From positions 35,925 through 99,924 of the forward strand of contig CANQCR010000004.1 of assembly GCA_947589735.1 (NCBI GenBank): a stretch of DNA of 64,000 nt. Direction: 5' to 3'. Origin of the DNA: an uncultured Bacilli bacterium (GTDB taxonomy: Bacteria > Bacillota_I > Bacilli_A > RF39 > UBA660). A model generated the notes under the pieces. The model worked only from the letters and a program-made list of their open reading frames with translations. It was not told the DNA's origin and ran no database searches. How positions within the stretch are numbered: position 1 is the stretch's first letter; every line of letters begins with the position of its first letter. Below are positions 17,534-26,576 of this stretch, piece after piece. The position numbers and the translations under genes are program-made.

Positions 17534-19898
17534 TTTAAATTGGGTTAAAGATTATGTTGATCTTGATGGTGAAGATTTAAAAGAGTTAGCTGTTAAAGTA
17601 ACCAAAGCTGGCGTTAACGTTGAAGCAGTTAAACAAAGTCATATCGATAACTTAGTTATTGGCTATGTTAGTGAATGTGTACCTCATCCTGATAGTGATC
17701 ATTTAAACTTATGTAAAGTTAATATTGGAACCGATGTTGTTCAAATCGTTTGTGGCGCTCCCAATGTTCGGGCCGGTTTAAAAGTTATTGTAGCCTTACC
17801 AGGCGCTGTTTTACCAGGTGGGGAAATTAAAGCTGGTAAGATTCGTGGTCAAGAATCAAATGGAATGATTTGTGCTTTGTTTGAACTTGGTTTAGAAGAA
17901 AAAACCGATGAAACTTATGCTAAAGGTATCACTGAACTTGATACTGATCTTCCTCCCGGAACAGATGCAAACATCTATCTTGGAACCGATGATACCATCT
18001 ATGAATTGGATGTTCATAAACATCGTAATAATGATTGTTATTATCATATCGGTTTTGCTTATGAGGTCGCTTGTATCTTAAATAAGAAAGTAACATTACC
18101 AGATGATGATTATGATGAGATTAAGGATGACGTTAATAAGCATATTAAATTAACGGTTGATACACCAAATTGTTCTTTTTATTCCGCTAAAATGGTCAAA
18201 GATGTCGTTATTAAAGAATCACCAGAGTTTATCAAGAAACGTTTAATTGCCGCTGGTATGCGTCCGATTAACAATGTTGTTGATATTTCTAACTACGTTA
18301 TGTTAGAGTATGGTCAACCTCTTCATTTCTTTGATAAAAATAAATTAGGCGATAACATTTTAGTTCGTAACGCTAAAGAAGAGGAAGAAATCATTACTTT
18401 AGATGGTAACAAAAGAGTCTTAACAAGTGATGATATCGTCATTACTGATGGTGATAAACCGGTATGTATCGCTGGTGTTATGGGCGGTGAGAATACTGAT
18501 GTTGATGAAACAACCAAAGACATTTTAATTGAAAGTGCTATTTTTGATGCTGTTCATATTAGAGAGACGGCATCAAGACTTAATCTAAAAAGTGAAGCAT
18601 CAATTCGCTATGGTAAAGGCTTAAATTATGAGTATACCTTAAAAGCTCTTAACCGGGCTTGCCACCTTCTTCAAAAATATGCTGATGCGAAAATCTTAAG
18701 TGGTATGGCTTTATATGATAATGCTGATAAAAAGGTTAAAACCGTTAGCTTTAAGACCGATGATATCAATCGTTTGTTAGGTATTACCCTAACTGATGAT
18801 GATGTTAAAACAGAGTTAGGTCGTCTTGATTTTGAATATAAAGAAAGTAAGGGGATATTCACGGTAACAATCCCACGAAGAAGATTAGATATTGATCCTA
18901 ATATTAATGATATTGCTGAAGAAATTGGAAGGTTATATGGATATCATAATCTCGTTTCAACCTTACCAGCTGTGCCAATTAGAAGAGGGGTTTATGTTGG
19001 CGATGTTCTAATTCGTAAGCAAATATCTTCGCGTCTTCGTTCTTTAGGCTTGAATGAGACCAAAAACTATACCTTGATTAGTAAAGAAATGGCTGATACT
19101 TTTAAGTATGAAGATAAGAGTCAAATTGTTTTACCAAATCCAATGAGTTTAGATAAAGCTATTATAAGAACAAGTCTTATTCCATCGCTTATTAATGTCT
19201 ATGAATATAATAAAGCTCGTCACGTTGATGATGTGATGATCTATGAAATTGCTAAAACTTATGATGCCGCTTACGCTGAAGATAGTAAAGTTGCCATTTT
19301 AATGAAAGGTAATTACTTATCTAATAACTGGCAAATGACATCAGTTAAAGCCGACTTTTATGTCTTAAAAGGTATCATAAGTAATATGCTAGATTATCTA
19401 GGATTTAAAAATCGTTATGATTTTGTTAAAGCAGTAATTCCAGAACTTCATCCAGGTATGAGTGCGACTATTACTTTAGACCGGGAACCAATTGGTATTA
19501 TTGGAAGAGTTCATCCAAGTTATAAAAAAGATGAAGTCTATATTGCGGAAATATCAATGAGTAAACTATATGAAAAGAAAATTAAACCAATTAAGTATAA
19601 AGAAGCTTCTAAATATCCTGAGGTAAAGAAAGATTTAGCGTTTGTAGTTAAAAAAGATGTTGAAGCAAGTAGTATTATTAATACGATTAGAAGAGCGGGT
19701 GGTCGTCTTCTTACTGACATTAGTGTTTTTGATGTCTATGTCGGAGAAAATGTTGGCGAAAATGAAAAATCCATCGCTTTTGGTTTAACATTCTCTGATC
19801 CAACTAGAACATTAAATGATGAAGAAGTAACCATCGCTTTTGATAAAATTATTAAAGAAGTTGAAACGAAGATGGGAGCAACCCTTCGTAGTAAATAA
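17526..19898 (+). CDS. pheT: phenylalanine--tRNA ligase beta subunit
   Basis: ATG 17526 (MISLNWVKDYV...) overlaps the pheS stop. N-terminal tRNA-binding domain, B3/4 and B5 regions, and a C-terminal FDX-ACB-like domain, judged from length and motifs. Confidence 0.93.
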   Translation: MISLNWVKDYVDLDGEDLKELAVKVTKAGVNVEAVKQSHIDNLVIGYVSECVPHPDSDHLNLCKVNIGTDVVQIVCGAPNVRAGLKVIVALPGAVLPGGEIKAGKIRGQESNGMICALFELGLEEKTDETYAKGITELDTDLPPGTDANIYLGTDDTIYELDVHKHRNNDCYYHIGFAYEVACILNKKVTLPDDDYDEIKDDVNKHIKLTVDTPNCSFYSAKMVKDVVIKESPEFIKKRLIAAGMRPINNVVDISNYVMLEYGQPLHFFDKNKLGDNILVRNAKEEEEIITLDGNKRVLTSDDIVITDGDKPVCIAGVMGGENTDVDETTKDILIESAIFDAVHIRETASRLNLKSEASIRYGKGLNYEYTLKALNRACHLLQKYADAKILSGMALYDNADKKVKTVSFKTDDINRLLGITLTDDDVKTELGRLDFEYKESKGIFTVTIPRRRLDIDPNINDIAEEIGRLYGYHNLVSTLPAVPIRRGVYVGDVLIRKQISSRLRSLGLNETKNYTLISKEMADTFKYEDKSQIVLPNPMSLDKAIIRTSLIPSLINVYEYNKARHVDDVMIYEIAKTYDAAYAEDSKVAILMKGNYLSNNWQMTSVKADFYVLKGIISNMLDYLGFKNRYDFVKAVIPELHPGMSATITLDREPIGIIGRVHPSYKKDEVYIAEISMSKLYEKKIKPIKYKEASKYPEVKKDLAFVVKKDVEASSIINTIRRAGGRLLTDISVFDVYVGENVGENEKSIAFGLTFSDPTRTLNDEEVTIAFDKIIKEVETKMGATLRSK

Positions 19899-19919
19899 AA
19901 AACGGGTAACCGTTTTTTA
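19897..19919 (+). terminator. rho-independent terminator after pheT
   Basis: AAAAACGG-gtaa-CCGTTTTT. Confidence 0.7.
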
Positions 19920-19970
19920 TTATTGTATTTATAAACTATAATTGATATAATAATTATAGTAGGTGACGAT

Positions 19971-20579
19971 ATGAATAGAAAAGTTTTAGCTATCTTTGGC
20001 ATAATGTTTGTTGCAATGTTAGCGGGATTTGTTTATATGACAACGCATCAGCCAAAAACGGAAGAGACTAAAGAAGAAGCAGAAAAGAAAGAAGCTATGC
20101 CGATTGGCGTAATTAACAACATTGAATTATATACAACAGATTATGTATATGACGCTAATATCAATGGTTATAATTACACTAAAATAGATATTGCGAATCC
20201 AAATGAAATTAAGGGATATCTTAAAGATGTTGATGTTAACGATACTCATGATGCTGTTGTTTATGGTAAATATAAAATGGTTATTGATGATAAGACAATT
20301 TTCTTTGATTTAGGAAATGATGATGCTCTTTATTTTGAAAAAGATGTTGCTTTTACCTTACCAAATAATATTAAAAGACAGATAGTTTACACATCTGATC
20401 AATGTAGTTGTTGTACGACGACAAGTACTCCTGATGCTTGTAAAATTAATTTATGTCCTTGTAATACTGCTCAAACATCTAATCAAAGCCCAACAACGAG
20501 TCAAACAACATCAAATCAAACGACATCAAATCAGGTAACGTCTAATCAAACGACATCTAATGTTCAAACGACTAAATAA
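19971..20579 (+). CDS. membrane-anchored hypothetical protein with a Cys cluster and a TSNQ-repeat tail
   Basis: 202 aa. N-terminal TM (VLAIFGIMFVAMLAGFVYM), then a Cys-rich stretch (SDQCSCCTTTSTPDACKINLCPCN), then a low-complexity tail (TSNQTTSNQVTSNQTTSN). Confidence 0.7.
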   Translation: MNRKVLAIFGIMFVAMLAGFVYMTTHQPKTEETKEEAEKKEAMPIGVINNIELYTTDYVYDANINGYNYTKIDIANPNEIKGYLKDVDVNDTHDAVVYGKYKMVIDDKTIFFDLGNDDALYFEKDVAFTLPNNIKRQIVYTSDQCSCCTTTSTPDACKINLCPCNTAQTSNQSPTTSQTTSNQTTSNQVTSNQTTSNVQTTK

Positions 20580-20589
20580 TTAAATTGTT

Positions 20590-20617
20590 AAAGCGCCCTT
20601 TAAAGGCGCTTTTTTTC
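20590..20617 (+). terminator. rho-independent terminator
   Basis: AAAGCGCC-ctttaaa-GGCGCTTT followed by a T-run. Confidence 0.75.
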
Positions 20618-20676
20618 TTGTAAATTGTCGTTGTTTATGGTACGATTTAGTAAGTAGATACTTGGGAAGTGGTAAA

Positions 20677-21786
20677 GTGGAAAATGATCTTGTCTCTTTA
20701 TTTATATGGCGTAAAGGTCAAAATATTTGTCGATATACAGAAATATTTACCAAATATACATTAAAGAAAAATGTTAAATTAAATAAGATTATTAATAAGA
20801 TAATTGAAATATATATGACGGAGTTTTATTTTCATCCAGCCTCTAATTACGATTTATTATCGAAATATTTTCAAATTAAGGAAAGTACTCCATCAATGAT
20901 TAAAGATGTTTTAACATCGTCTTTAATCTTTTATCAAAATAGTGGTTTGGAAAGTCAAATTAATGACGATATAAATACGATTGTTATTCTTTCTAATCTC
21001 ATCTATTTAGCCTTAAAGGTTGATGAATATACTAATGAGTTTAATAATAGTAAACTTTTGCTGGAAGAAAGATTAAGCCATTTCTTTACGGATTTTGCTA
21101 AAAGAATTAAAGTAACTGATAGTGAATTAGAACCTTTGAATAAAGAATTATTAATGCGAATTAAAAAAGATGTCAGTGCTGAGAAGAAATTCTTTAAGTC
21201 ATTAGATAATAATTCTTTTATTTTAGAGCTTAGACCATATGTTAAACACGATAATTATTATTTAGTTAATTATCATTATGATATTAAAGCTCTTAATCGT
21301 TATGATACTTTAGAGGTTGAAAAGACGCGCTTAACTAAAGGAATTAGTGATGACTTATTAACTGTATATCTTGAAAACTTAACTTTTTGGGCTTTAAAAG
21401 AATACTTAAGAGGTAAAAAGGATGATTATTATTTTTTTCCTTTAACTAGCGATTATTTAATAAAAAATAAAAACTTAGTAAGTATGGAACGCATTCTTAA
21501 TAATCGGGATATGCGCCATAAGATTGTTTTGACTTTTGATTATGAAGATATTCATCAAAATATGAGTTTACTAAAGATGCTATCATCTAAAGGATATAAG
21601 GTAGCAACAACTAACATTCCTTTGAAGACAAAACTTACAAGTACTAGTTTTGATTTATTCGATTATGTTTTTATACCTCTTGAATTATATAATGCTAATC
21701 CTGTGCATCATAAAGTTTGGAGCGTTAAGATTGCAACATTTATTTTCGATGATGAAATAGGATCAAAAGTTATAGAAAATAGGTGA
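20677..21786 (+). CDS. hypothetical protein; the C-terminal half weakly resembles a degenerate EAL-type fold
   Basis: Track ORF is 20662-21786. The start is uncertain: TTG 20662, GTG 20677 with a GGAAGTGG RBS, or ATG 20815. No catalytic motif recognised. It is the first gene of a tight three-gene unit with priA. Confidence 0.65.
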   Translation: MENDLVSLFIWRKGQNICRYTEIFTKYTLKKNVKLNKIINKIIEIYMTEFYFHPASNYDLLSKYFQIKESTPSMIKDVLTSSLIFYQNSGLESQINDDINTIVILSNLIYLALKVDEYTNEFNNSKLLLEERLSHFFTDFAKRIKVTDSELEPLNKELLMRIKKDVSAEKKFFKSLDNNSFILELRPYVKHDNYYLVNYHYDIKALNRYDTLEVEKTRLTKGISDDLLTVYLENLTFWALKEYLRGKKDDYYFFPLTSDYLIKNKNLVSMERILNNRDMRHKIVLTFDYEDIHQNMSLLKMLSSKGYKVATTNIPLKTKLTSTSFDLFDYVFIPLELYNANPVHHKVWSVKIATFIFDDEIGSKVIENR

Positions 21787-21789
21787 GTT

Positions 21790-22722
21790 ATGAACGATAA
21801 AATAGTTGATTTAATGAGTATTACAACCGATAATTACGATTCTTTTATGCGCCATGCTAATGTTGATACTAGCTTTTCTTTAACAGCGGGTGATTATGAT
21901 TATTCTTGGCTTAGTCAAGTTGAACAATACTTGCCTTTTATTTCTAATATTGTTAATTTTGATTATAGTGAGGCTGATCAGGATGTGGAAACATCTTATG
22001 AAAATCGCTTTATCAAAACACTTTTATATCGTTTAAATGACTTTATTATTCTAGAAGAAAATCGTCTCAAAAATGATAGTATGACTTTTTCTTCTAATTA
22101 TACATCAACAGTTAAATCGGAAATGGATGATGCTTCGGTTAGTGTTGATGTTAAGGTTTCAATTGACTATAAAAAAGACGATAAAGGATCTTCTTATGGT
22201 TTAACTTTAAAAGAGAGAATTGCAAGAGTTAGTACGATTGTTACATCCCTTTTAAAAAGTCACTTTATCGAAACTTTAAAAGATAGTTCTTTTATTCGTA
22301 ACCCTGTTAGTAAAACGCCTATTTTAGAAGAAGAAACTAATTATCGTAAAGCTTTAGAATTATATAATTTTATTGAAAACTTTAAAACTGCTTCGAAATC
22401 TTTAGATAGCGAGGATGCTAAAACTTCTTTAGATAATCGTAATCTAACTCTTTCTTATCTAGCATATCAAAATCTAGAAACGTTAAAGAGTCGTAAAGAT
22501 ACTATGAATGCTTATCAAACGTTTCTTAATCATTTAATAGAAAAGATGGTTGTCACCTCATCTATGGATGAAAAAAGTTTTAAACGGATGATTACTAAGA
22601 AGTTTGAAGATGAGTATAATAAAAAGAAAACTCGTGAACAAAATATTCAAAATATTTTCTTAAAAAATATTGATAGTTACAATAAGCAAGTAAAAGATGC
22701 CTTAAGGGCTTTAAAAAATTAA
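21790..22722 (+). CDS. hypothetical protein
   Basis: 310 aa. AGGTGA RBS, 3-nt gap from the previous gene and 6-nt gap to priA. No confident motif (SYENRFIKTLLYRLNDF noted). Confidence 0.7.
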   Translation: MNDKIVDLMSITTDNYDSFMRHANVDTSFSLTAGDYDYSWLSQVEQYLPFISNIVNFDYSEADQDVETSYENRFIKTLLYRLNDFIILEENRLKNDSMTFSSNYTSTVKSEMDDASVSVDVKVSIDYKKDDKGSSYGLTLKERIARVSTIVTSLLKSHFIETLKDSSFIRNPVSKTPILEEETNYRKALELYNFIENFKTASKSLDSEDAKTSLDNRNLTLSYLAYQNLETLKSRKDTMNAYQTFLNHLIEKMVVTSSMDEKSFKRMITKKFEDEYNKKKTREQNIQNIFLKNIDSYNKQVKDALRALKN

Positions 22723-22728
22723 GGGGAG

Positions 22729-24888
22729 ATGTGTGTGGTTGCACAGGTTTTGGTTGAAATAACCGCTAAAGCGGTGGATAAATTGTTTGATTATAATGTA
22801 CCTCTAGACCTTCAAGATACGCTTGCCGTTGGTAAGCGCGTCCTTGTACCATTTGGTCCTAAAAGGCTAGAGGGTTTTGTTATGGATATCAGTAATACTA
22901 GTTCTTTTGAAGGAAAGTTAAAAGATATTATTGATGTCATTGATGATGAGGTTGTCTTAACTGATGAATTATTAAAAATTGGCAATTATATTAGTAAAAA
23001 AACGCTAGCGACCAAAATGTCTTCTTACCAAGCGATGTTACCTAAGGCATTAAAAGCTAAAGCCGGGGTTAAGATAAAAGAAAAATATCTTACCTATATT
23101 GAAATTGTTGATGCCTCTTTTATAGGCTCAACTCCTAGACAAAAAGATTTAATCACTATTTTAAAACGGCAACCAACATTAAAAAGTGACTTAAAAGAAT
23201 ACACATCATCTTTAAATACGCTCCTTAAAAAAGGGGTTATTAAAGAAAAAAAGCAAGAGATTTATCGCCTTAATTATATGGATAGGAAAGATGCAAACGT
23301 TATTTCTTTAAATAAGGAACAACAGGACGCTGTTAGTAAAATTAAAGCTTACCGCGATACTTTTCATCCTTTCCTTTTATATGGCGTAACGGGTTCTGGT
23401 AAAACAGAAGTCTATATGCATGTTATTGCGGATACTTTAAAGAGGGGAAAAGATGCCATTATTTTAGTACCAGAAATTAGTTTAACGCCTCAACTCGTTC
23501 AGCAATTTGAAAGTCGCTTTGGAAGTAATATCGCTGTTTTACACTCTGGACTTAGCGATGCGGAAAAATATGATGAATGGCGTAAGATTACAAGAGGAGA
23601 AGTCCATATTGCGATTGGCGCTAGAAGTGCTATTTTTGCGCCATTTAAAAATCTTGGCATTATCATCCTTGATGAAGAACATACGCAAACTTATAAACAG
23701 GATGCAACGCCACGTTATTATGCTGTTGATGTGGCCATTTTTAGAGCTAAATATCATCATATTCCGGTGGTATTTGGTAGTGCCACACCATCCCTTGAAA
23801 GTTTTACCCGGGCCAAAATGGGTATTTATGAGTTAATTAAGCTCACGAAAAGAATTAATAATAATTTACCAGAAGTGAAATTAGTTGATATGGCTGATGA
23901 GATTAAACATGGTCATCCGATTATTTCATCGATTCTTTTACATAAACTGGAGGATATATTAAATAATAAAGAACAAGCTATTATTCTTCTTAATAGAAGA
24001 GGGTATGCGACAACAGTTAGTTGTCATGAGTGTGGATATAAAGTGATGTGCCCTAATTGTGAAATACCACTTACATATCATAAAAAGACGAATACAATGC
24101 GTTGTCATTACTGTGATTATCAAACGTCTAAACCAATAGAGTGCCCAAATTGTCATAGTCATAATATCAATCAGTTTGGTTTGGGTACGGAAAAGTTAGA
24201 AGAAGAATTAGCTAAGCTGTTACCTCTAGCCCGTATTGTTAGAATGGATATTGATACAACTTCGAAGAAGGGTAGTCATAGTAAAATTTTAACGGCTTTT
24301 AAAAATCATGAATATGATATCTTAGTTGGAACACAAATGATTTCTAAAGGCCTTGATTTTGAAAATGTTACCTTGGTTGGTGTTGTTAATGGTGATGCTA
24401 GTTTAAATATCCCAGACTTTAGAAGTGCTGAAAGAACTTTTTCTCTTCTTGATCAAGTATCTGGTCGGGCGGGGAGAGGAGATAAACCAGGTAGTGTTAT
24501 TATTCAGGGATTTAATTTAAATCACTATAGTATCATAAAAGCTAAAATGCATGATTACGAGGGCTTTTATGAAGAAGAAATGCAAATCCGTTCGGAATTA
24601 AAATATCCGCCTTTTTATAACTTAACAATGATAAGAGTAATCGGTAAAGATTATGATTATTGCTTTAAGGAGGCCACTAAAATAGCCCAATATTTAAAGC
24701 GAAATGTCGCTAAAATTATTGTGTTAGGACCAACGAATGCTTTTATCCCCAAAATCAATAATAACTATTATCTACAAATAACTATTAAGTATAAAAAGTC
24801 GGAAGAATTACTTAAGGCTTTAGCCTTCATTAATCAAAAATATGTTACACCAAAGTTAAAAGTAGAAATTGATATAAATCCATTATAA
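22729..24888 (+). CDS. priA: primosomal replication restart helicase PriA
   Basis: 719 aa. Walker A GVTGSGKTEVY, DEAH-type LDEEH, and a Cys-rich zinc region (CHECGYKVMCPNC...CHYCDY...CPNCHS). GTG 22735 is an alternative start. Confidence 0.93.
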   Translation: MCVVAQVLVEITAKAVDKLFDYNVPLDLQDTLAVGKRVLVPFGPKRLEGFVMDISNTSSFEGKLKDIIDVIDDEVVLTDELLKIGNYISKKTLATKMSSYQAMLPKALKAKAGVKIKEKYLTYIEIVDASFIGSTPRQKDLITILKRQPTLKSDLKEYTSSLNTLLKKGVIKEKKQEIYRLNYMDRKDANVISLNKEQQDAVSKIKAYRDTFHPFLLYGVTGSGKTEVYMHVIADTLKRGKDAIILVPEISLTPQLVQQFESRFGSNIAVLHSGLSDAEKYDEWRKITRGEVHIAIGARSAIFAPFKNLGIIILDEEHTQTYKQDATPRYYAVDVAIFRAKYHHIPVVFGSATPSLESFTRAKMGIYELIKLTKRINNNLPEVKLVDMADEIKHGHPIISSILLHKLEDILNNKEQAIILLNRRGYATTVSCHECGYKVMCPNCEIPLTYHKKTNTMRCHYCDYQTSKPIECPNCHSHNINQFGLGTEKLEEELAKLLPLARIVRMDIDTTSKKGSHSKILTAFKNHEYDILVGTQMISKGLDFENVTLVGVVNGDASLNIPDFRSAERTFSLLDQVSGRAGRGDKPGSVIIQGFNLNHYSIIKAKMHDYEGFYEEEMQIRSELKYPPFYNLTMIRVIGKDYDYCFKEATKIAQYLKRNVAKIIVLGPTNAFIPKINNNYYLQITIKYKKSEELLKALAFINQKYVTPKLKVEIDINPL

Positions 24889-24957
24889 AATGTTGTTTTT
24901 TTAATTTAGGTTATGGTATAATACTTGCGAAGAATTAAAAAGAGGTTGTGTGGTGAT

Positions 24958-25503
24958 ATGATGAAAGACAATTTAGATAAAGTTAATATCGATGATGAAG
25001 AGTTTTTGTTTGATGCTCAAACTTTTACTTCGTTAGACGATAATGACGAGTTTCCACAACCTTTGGAAAAAGATTTTACATCGGAAGATTTCGTTAATAT
25101 GGGTGATGAAGAACTTGATAAACTTCTTCATGAGATTATCGCATCGCCTTTGGATGAAAAAGAAGATGAGAATCTTTCAAAACCAAATGAGGAACCACTT
25201 ACTAGTTTAGAAGAAGAGCGGGCCTTATTTGAAATGGAAAAACACTTAGAAATGGAAAAGCTTCGCCTTGAACGTCAAGAATTAGAAAACGAAAAAGCTA
25301 AGTTCGAACGCACTAAGCAAGAATGGGAAAACTTCCGTAAATTGTCTGAAGATAGCTTACAAGCTGAAAAAGAAGAATATGAACGACAGATAAAGCTTGA
25401 TCGTGAAAAAATGTACTTAGAGGCAAAGGAATTAGTAAATAGTTGTGCTAGTGTTAGAGAGTTTCTCGATTACTACAACGTTACCCCCGATGTTTCTGAG
25501 TAA
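24958..25503 (+). CDS. acidic, coiled-coil hypothetical protein
   Basis: ATG at residue 12 of track ORF 24925-25503 (MMKDNLDK...), after a GGTGA RBS and a TGgTATAAT promoter. The acidic N-terminal half is followed by a heptad-like E/K/R-rich segment. Confidence 0.65.
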   Translation: MMKDNLDKVNIDDEEFLFDAQTFTSLDDNDEFPQPLEKDFTSEDFVNMGDEELDKLLHEIIASPLDEKEDENLSKPNEEPLTSLEEERALFEMEKHLEMEKLRLERQELENEKAKFERTKQEWENFRKLSEDSLQAEKEEYERQIKLDREKMYLEAKELVNSCASVREFLDYYNVTPDVSE

Positions 25504-25518
25504 ATGTCGAGGTGAAGT

Positions 25519-26511
25519 ATGAAAAATATTGCAGATGTAAATAGTGATGATATTTTATCAGAACTAAACAATTTAGACTATGACGATGATGATTTAAAAT
25601 TATTAGATGATGAGGATATTAAACCGATCAGTTCTAGTAAAGAAGATGATGATTTAGCTGATTTTTATATGGACTACGAAGAGCCTAAAAAGGAAGAAAA
25701 ACCAGCAAAGATAAACTTGTATACGGAAAAAGATGATGATGCACCCGTAGTTGAGTTGATATCTCCTCGCCATGAAGAAAAGGAAAAACCAGCTCCAAAA
25801 GTTGATGTGCAACCTCAGGTTTCTAGTGTCGATGCTTATTTAAATCGTAATATCAAAGCGCGGCCTATTACGGCTAGTAGAGTAGAGCGCACTGCTTCAG
25901 TAGAACCTGTTAAGGCCAATGAGCCTGTTAAAGAAGAAAAAGAGACACCTATTAGGACAACTGTTCAAGATTTAAATCAACTGTTTGATAAAGTTTCAAA
26001 CAATGTTAAAGGTGCTTCTGAAATCGTTAATCGTAATACGGAAATAAAACGTAAAATTGATGAACGCTTTGAGGAATTGCAACGTCTTGAGCAAGAACAT
26101 GAAGCTAATAAGCGAAAAGACTATGCAGAGATAAATGCTTATAAAGAAGATGTTTATACTAAACTTCAAGCTAAAAAGAGCGAAATAGAAAAAGAATTAG
26201 TTGCGCTTCGAACTGATCAAGATGCTTTAGCTAAAGAAAAACAAGAATTTGAAAATTATAAGAATACATCTTTAGCTAATCTAAAGAAGTTAGAAGATGA
26301 ACTTCGGGAATCTTATGATAGTCGTAATAAAAATATTGAGCAAGTTGAAGTTGGTCTTGTTAAACGTAAAGAACAATTAGACGTTGAAAGAGCTAATCTT
26401 GCTAAAGAAAGAAAAGAGTTGGATAAAGAACGGACCGAACTTAGTCAAAATCTTGTTCAATTCAATAAACTCGTTGATGAGTTTACAAAAGGTATTGATA
26501 ATTTTAATTAA
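25519..26511 (+). CDS. acidic, coiled-coil hypothetical protein
   Basis: 330 aa. GAGGTGA RBS. An Asp-rich N terminus, a Pro/Val/Lys linker, and a C-terminal coiled-coil-like region of about 170 aa. Confidence 0.7.
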   Translation: MKNIADVNSDDILSELNNLDYDDDDLKLLDDEDIKPISSSKEDDDLADFYMDYEEPKKEEKPAKINLYTEKDDDAPVVELISPRHEEKEKPAPKVDVQPQVSSVDAYLNRNIKARPITASRVERTASVEPVKANEPVKEEKETPIRTTVQDLNQLFDKVSNNVKGASEIVNRNTEIKRKIDERFEELQRLEQEHEANKRKDYAEINAYKEDVYTKLQAKKSEIEKELVALRTDQDALAKEKQEFENYKNTSLANLKKLEDELRESYDSRNKNIEQVEVGLVKRKEQLDVERANLAKERKELDKERTELSQNLVQFNKLVDEFTKGIDNFN

Positions 26512-26514
26512 GAT

Positions 26515-26541
26515 AATCAAGTCAAAAGACTTGATTTTTTA
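26515..26541 (+). terminator. rho-independent terminator
   Basis: ATCAAGTC-aaaa-GACTTGAT followed by T6. Confidence 0.75.
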
Positions 26542-26576
26542 GTGTTACAACGACTATAATTATATTAGGTGGTAGT

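Noticed and set aside
23507-23836. Internal + strand ORF and two minus-strand ORFs (23539-23760, 23959-24162) within priA
   Set aside because: They lie wholly inside a well-supported priA reading frame, have no RBS, and are AT-rich shadow frames. The same reasoning applies to the other short antisense or alternate-frame track ORFs. Examples are 2472-2657, 5529-5846, 7032-7253, 9228-9422, 10342-11164, 12450-12632, 18323-18862, 19538-20002, 30777-31070, 38428-38679, 40887-41144, 42524-42763, 46849-47034, 48935-49135, 50840-51061, 53697-53906, 55569-55751, 57113-57337, 58473-58670, 59208-59658 and 62137-62532.
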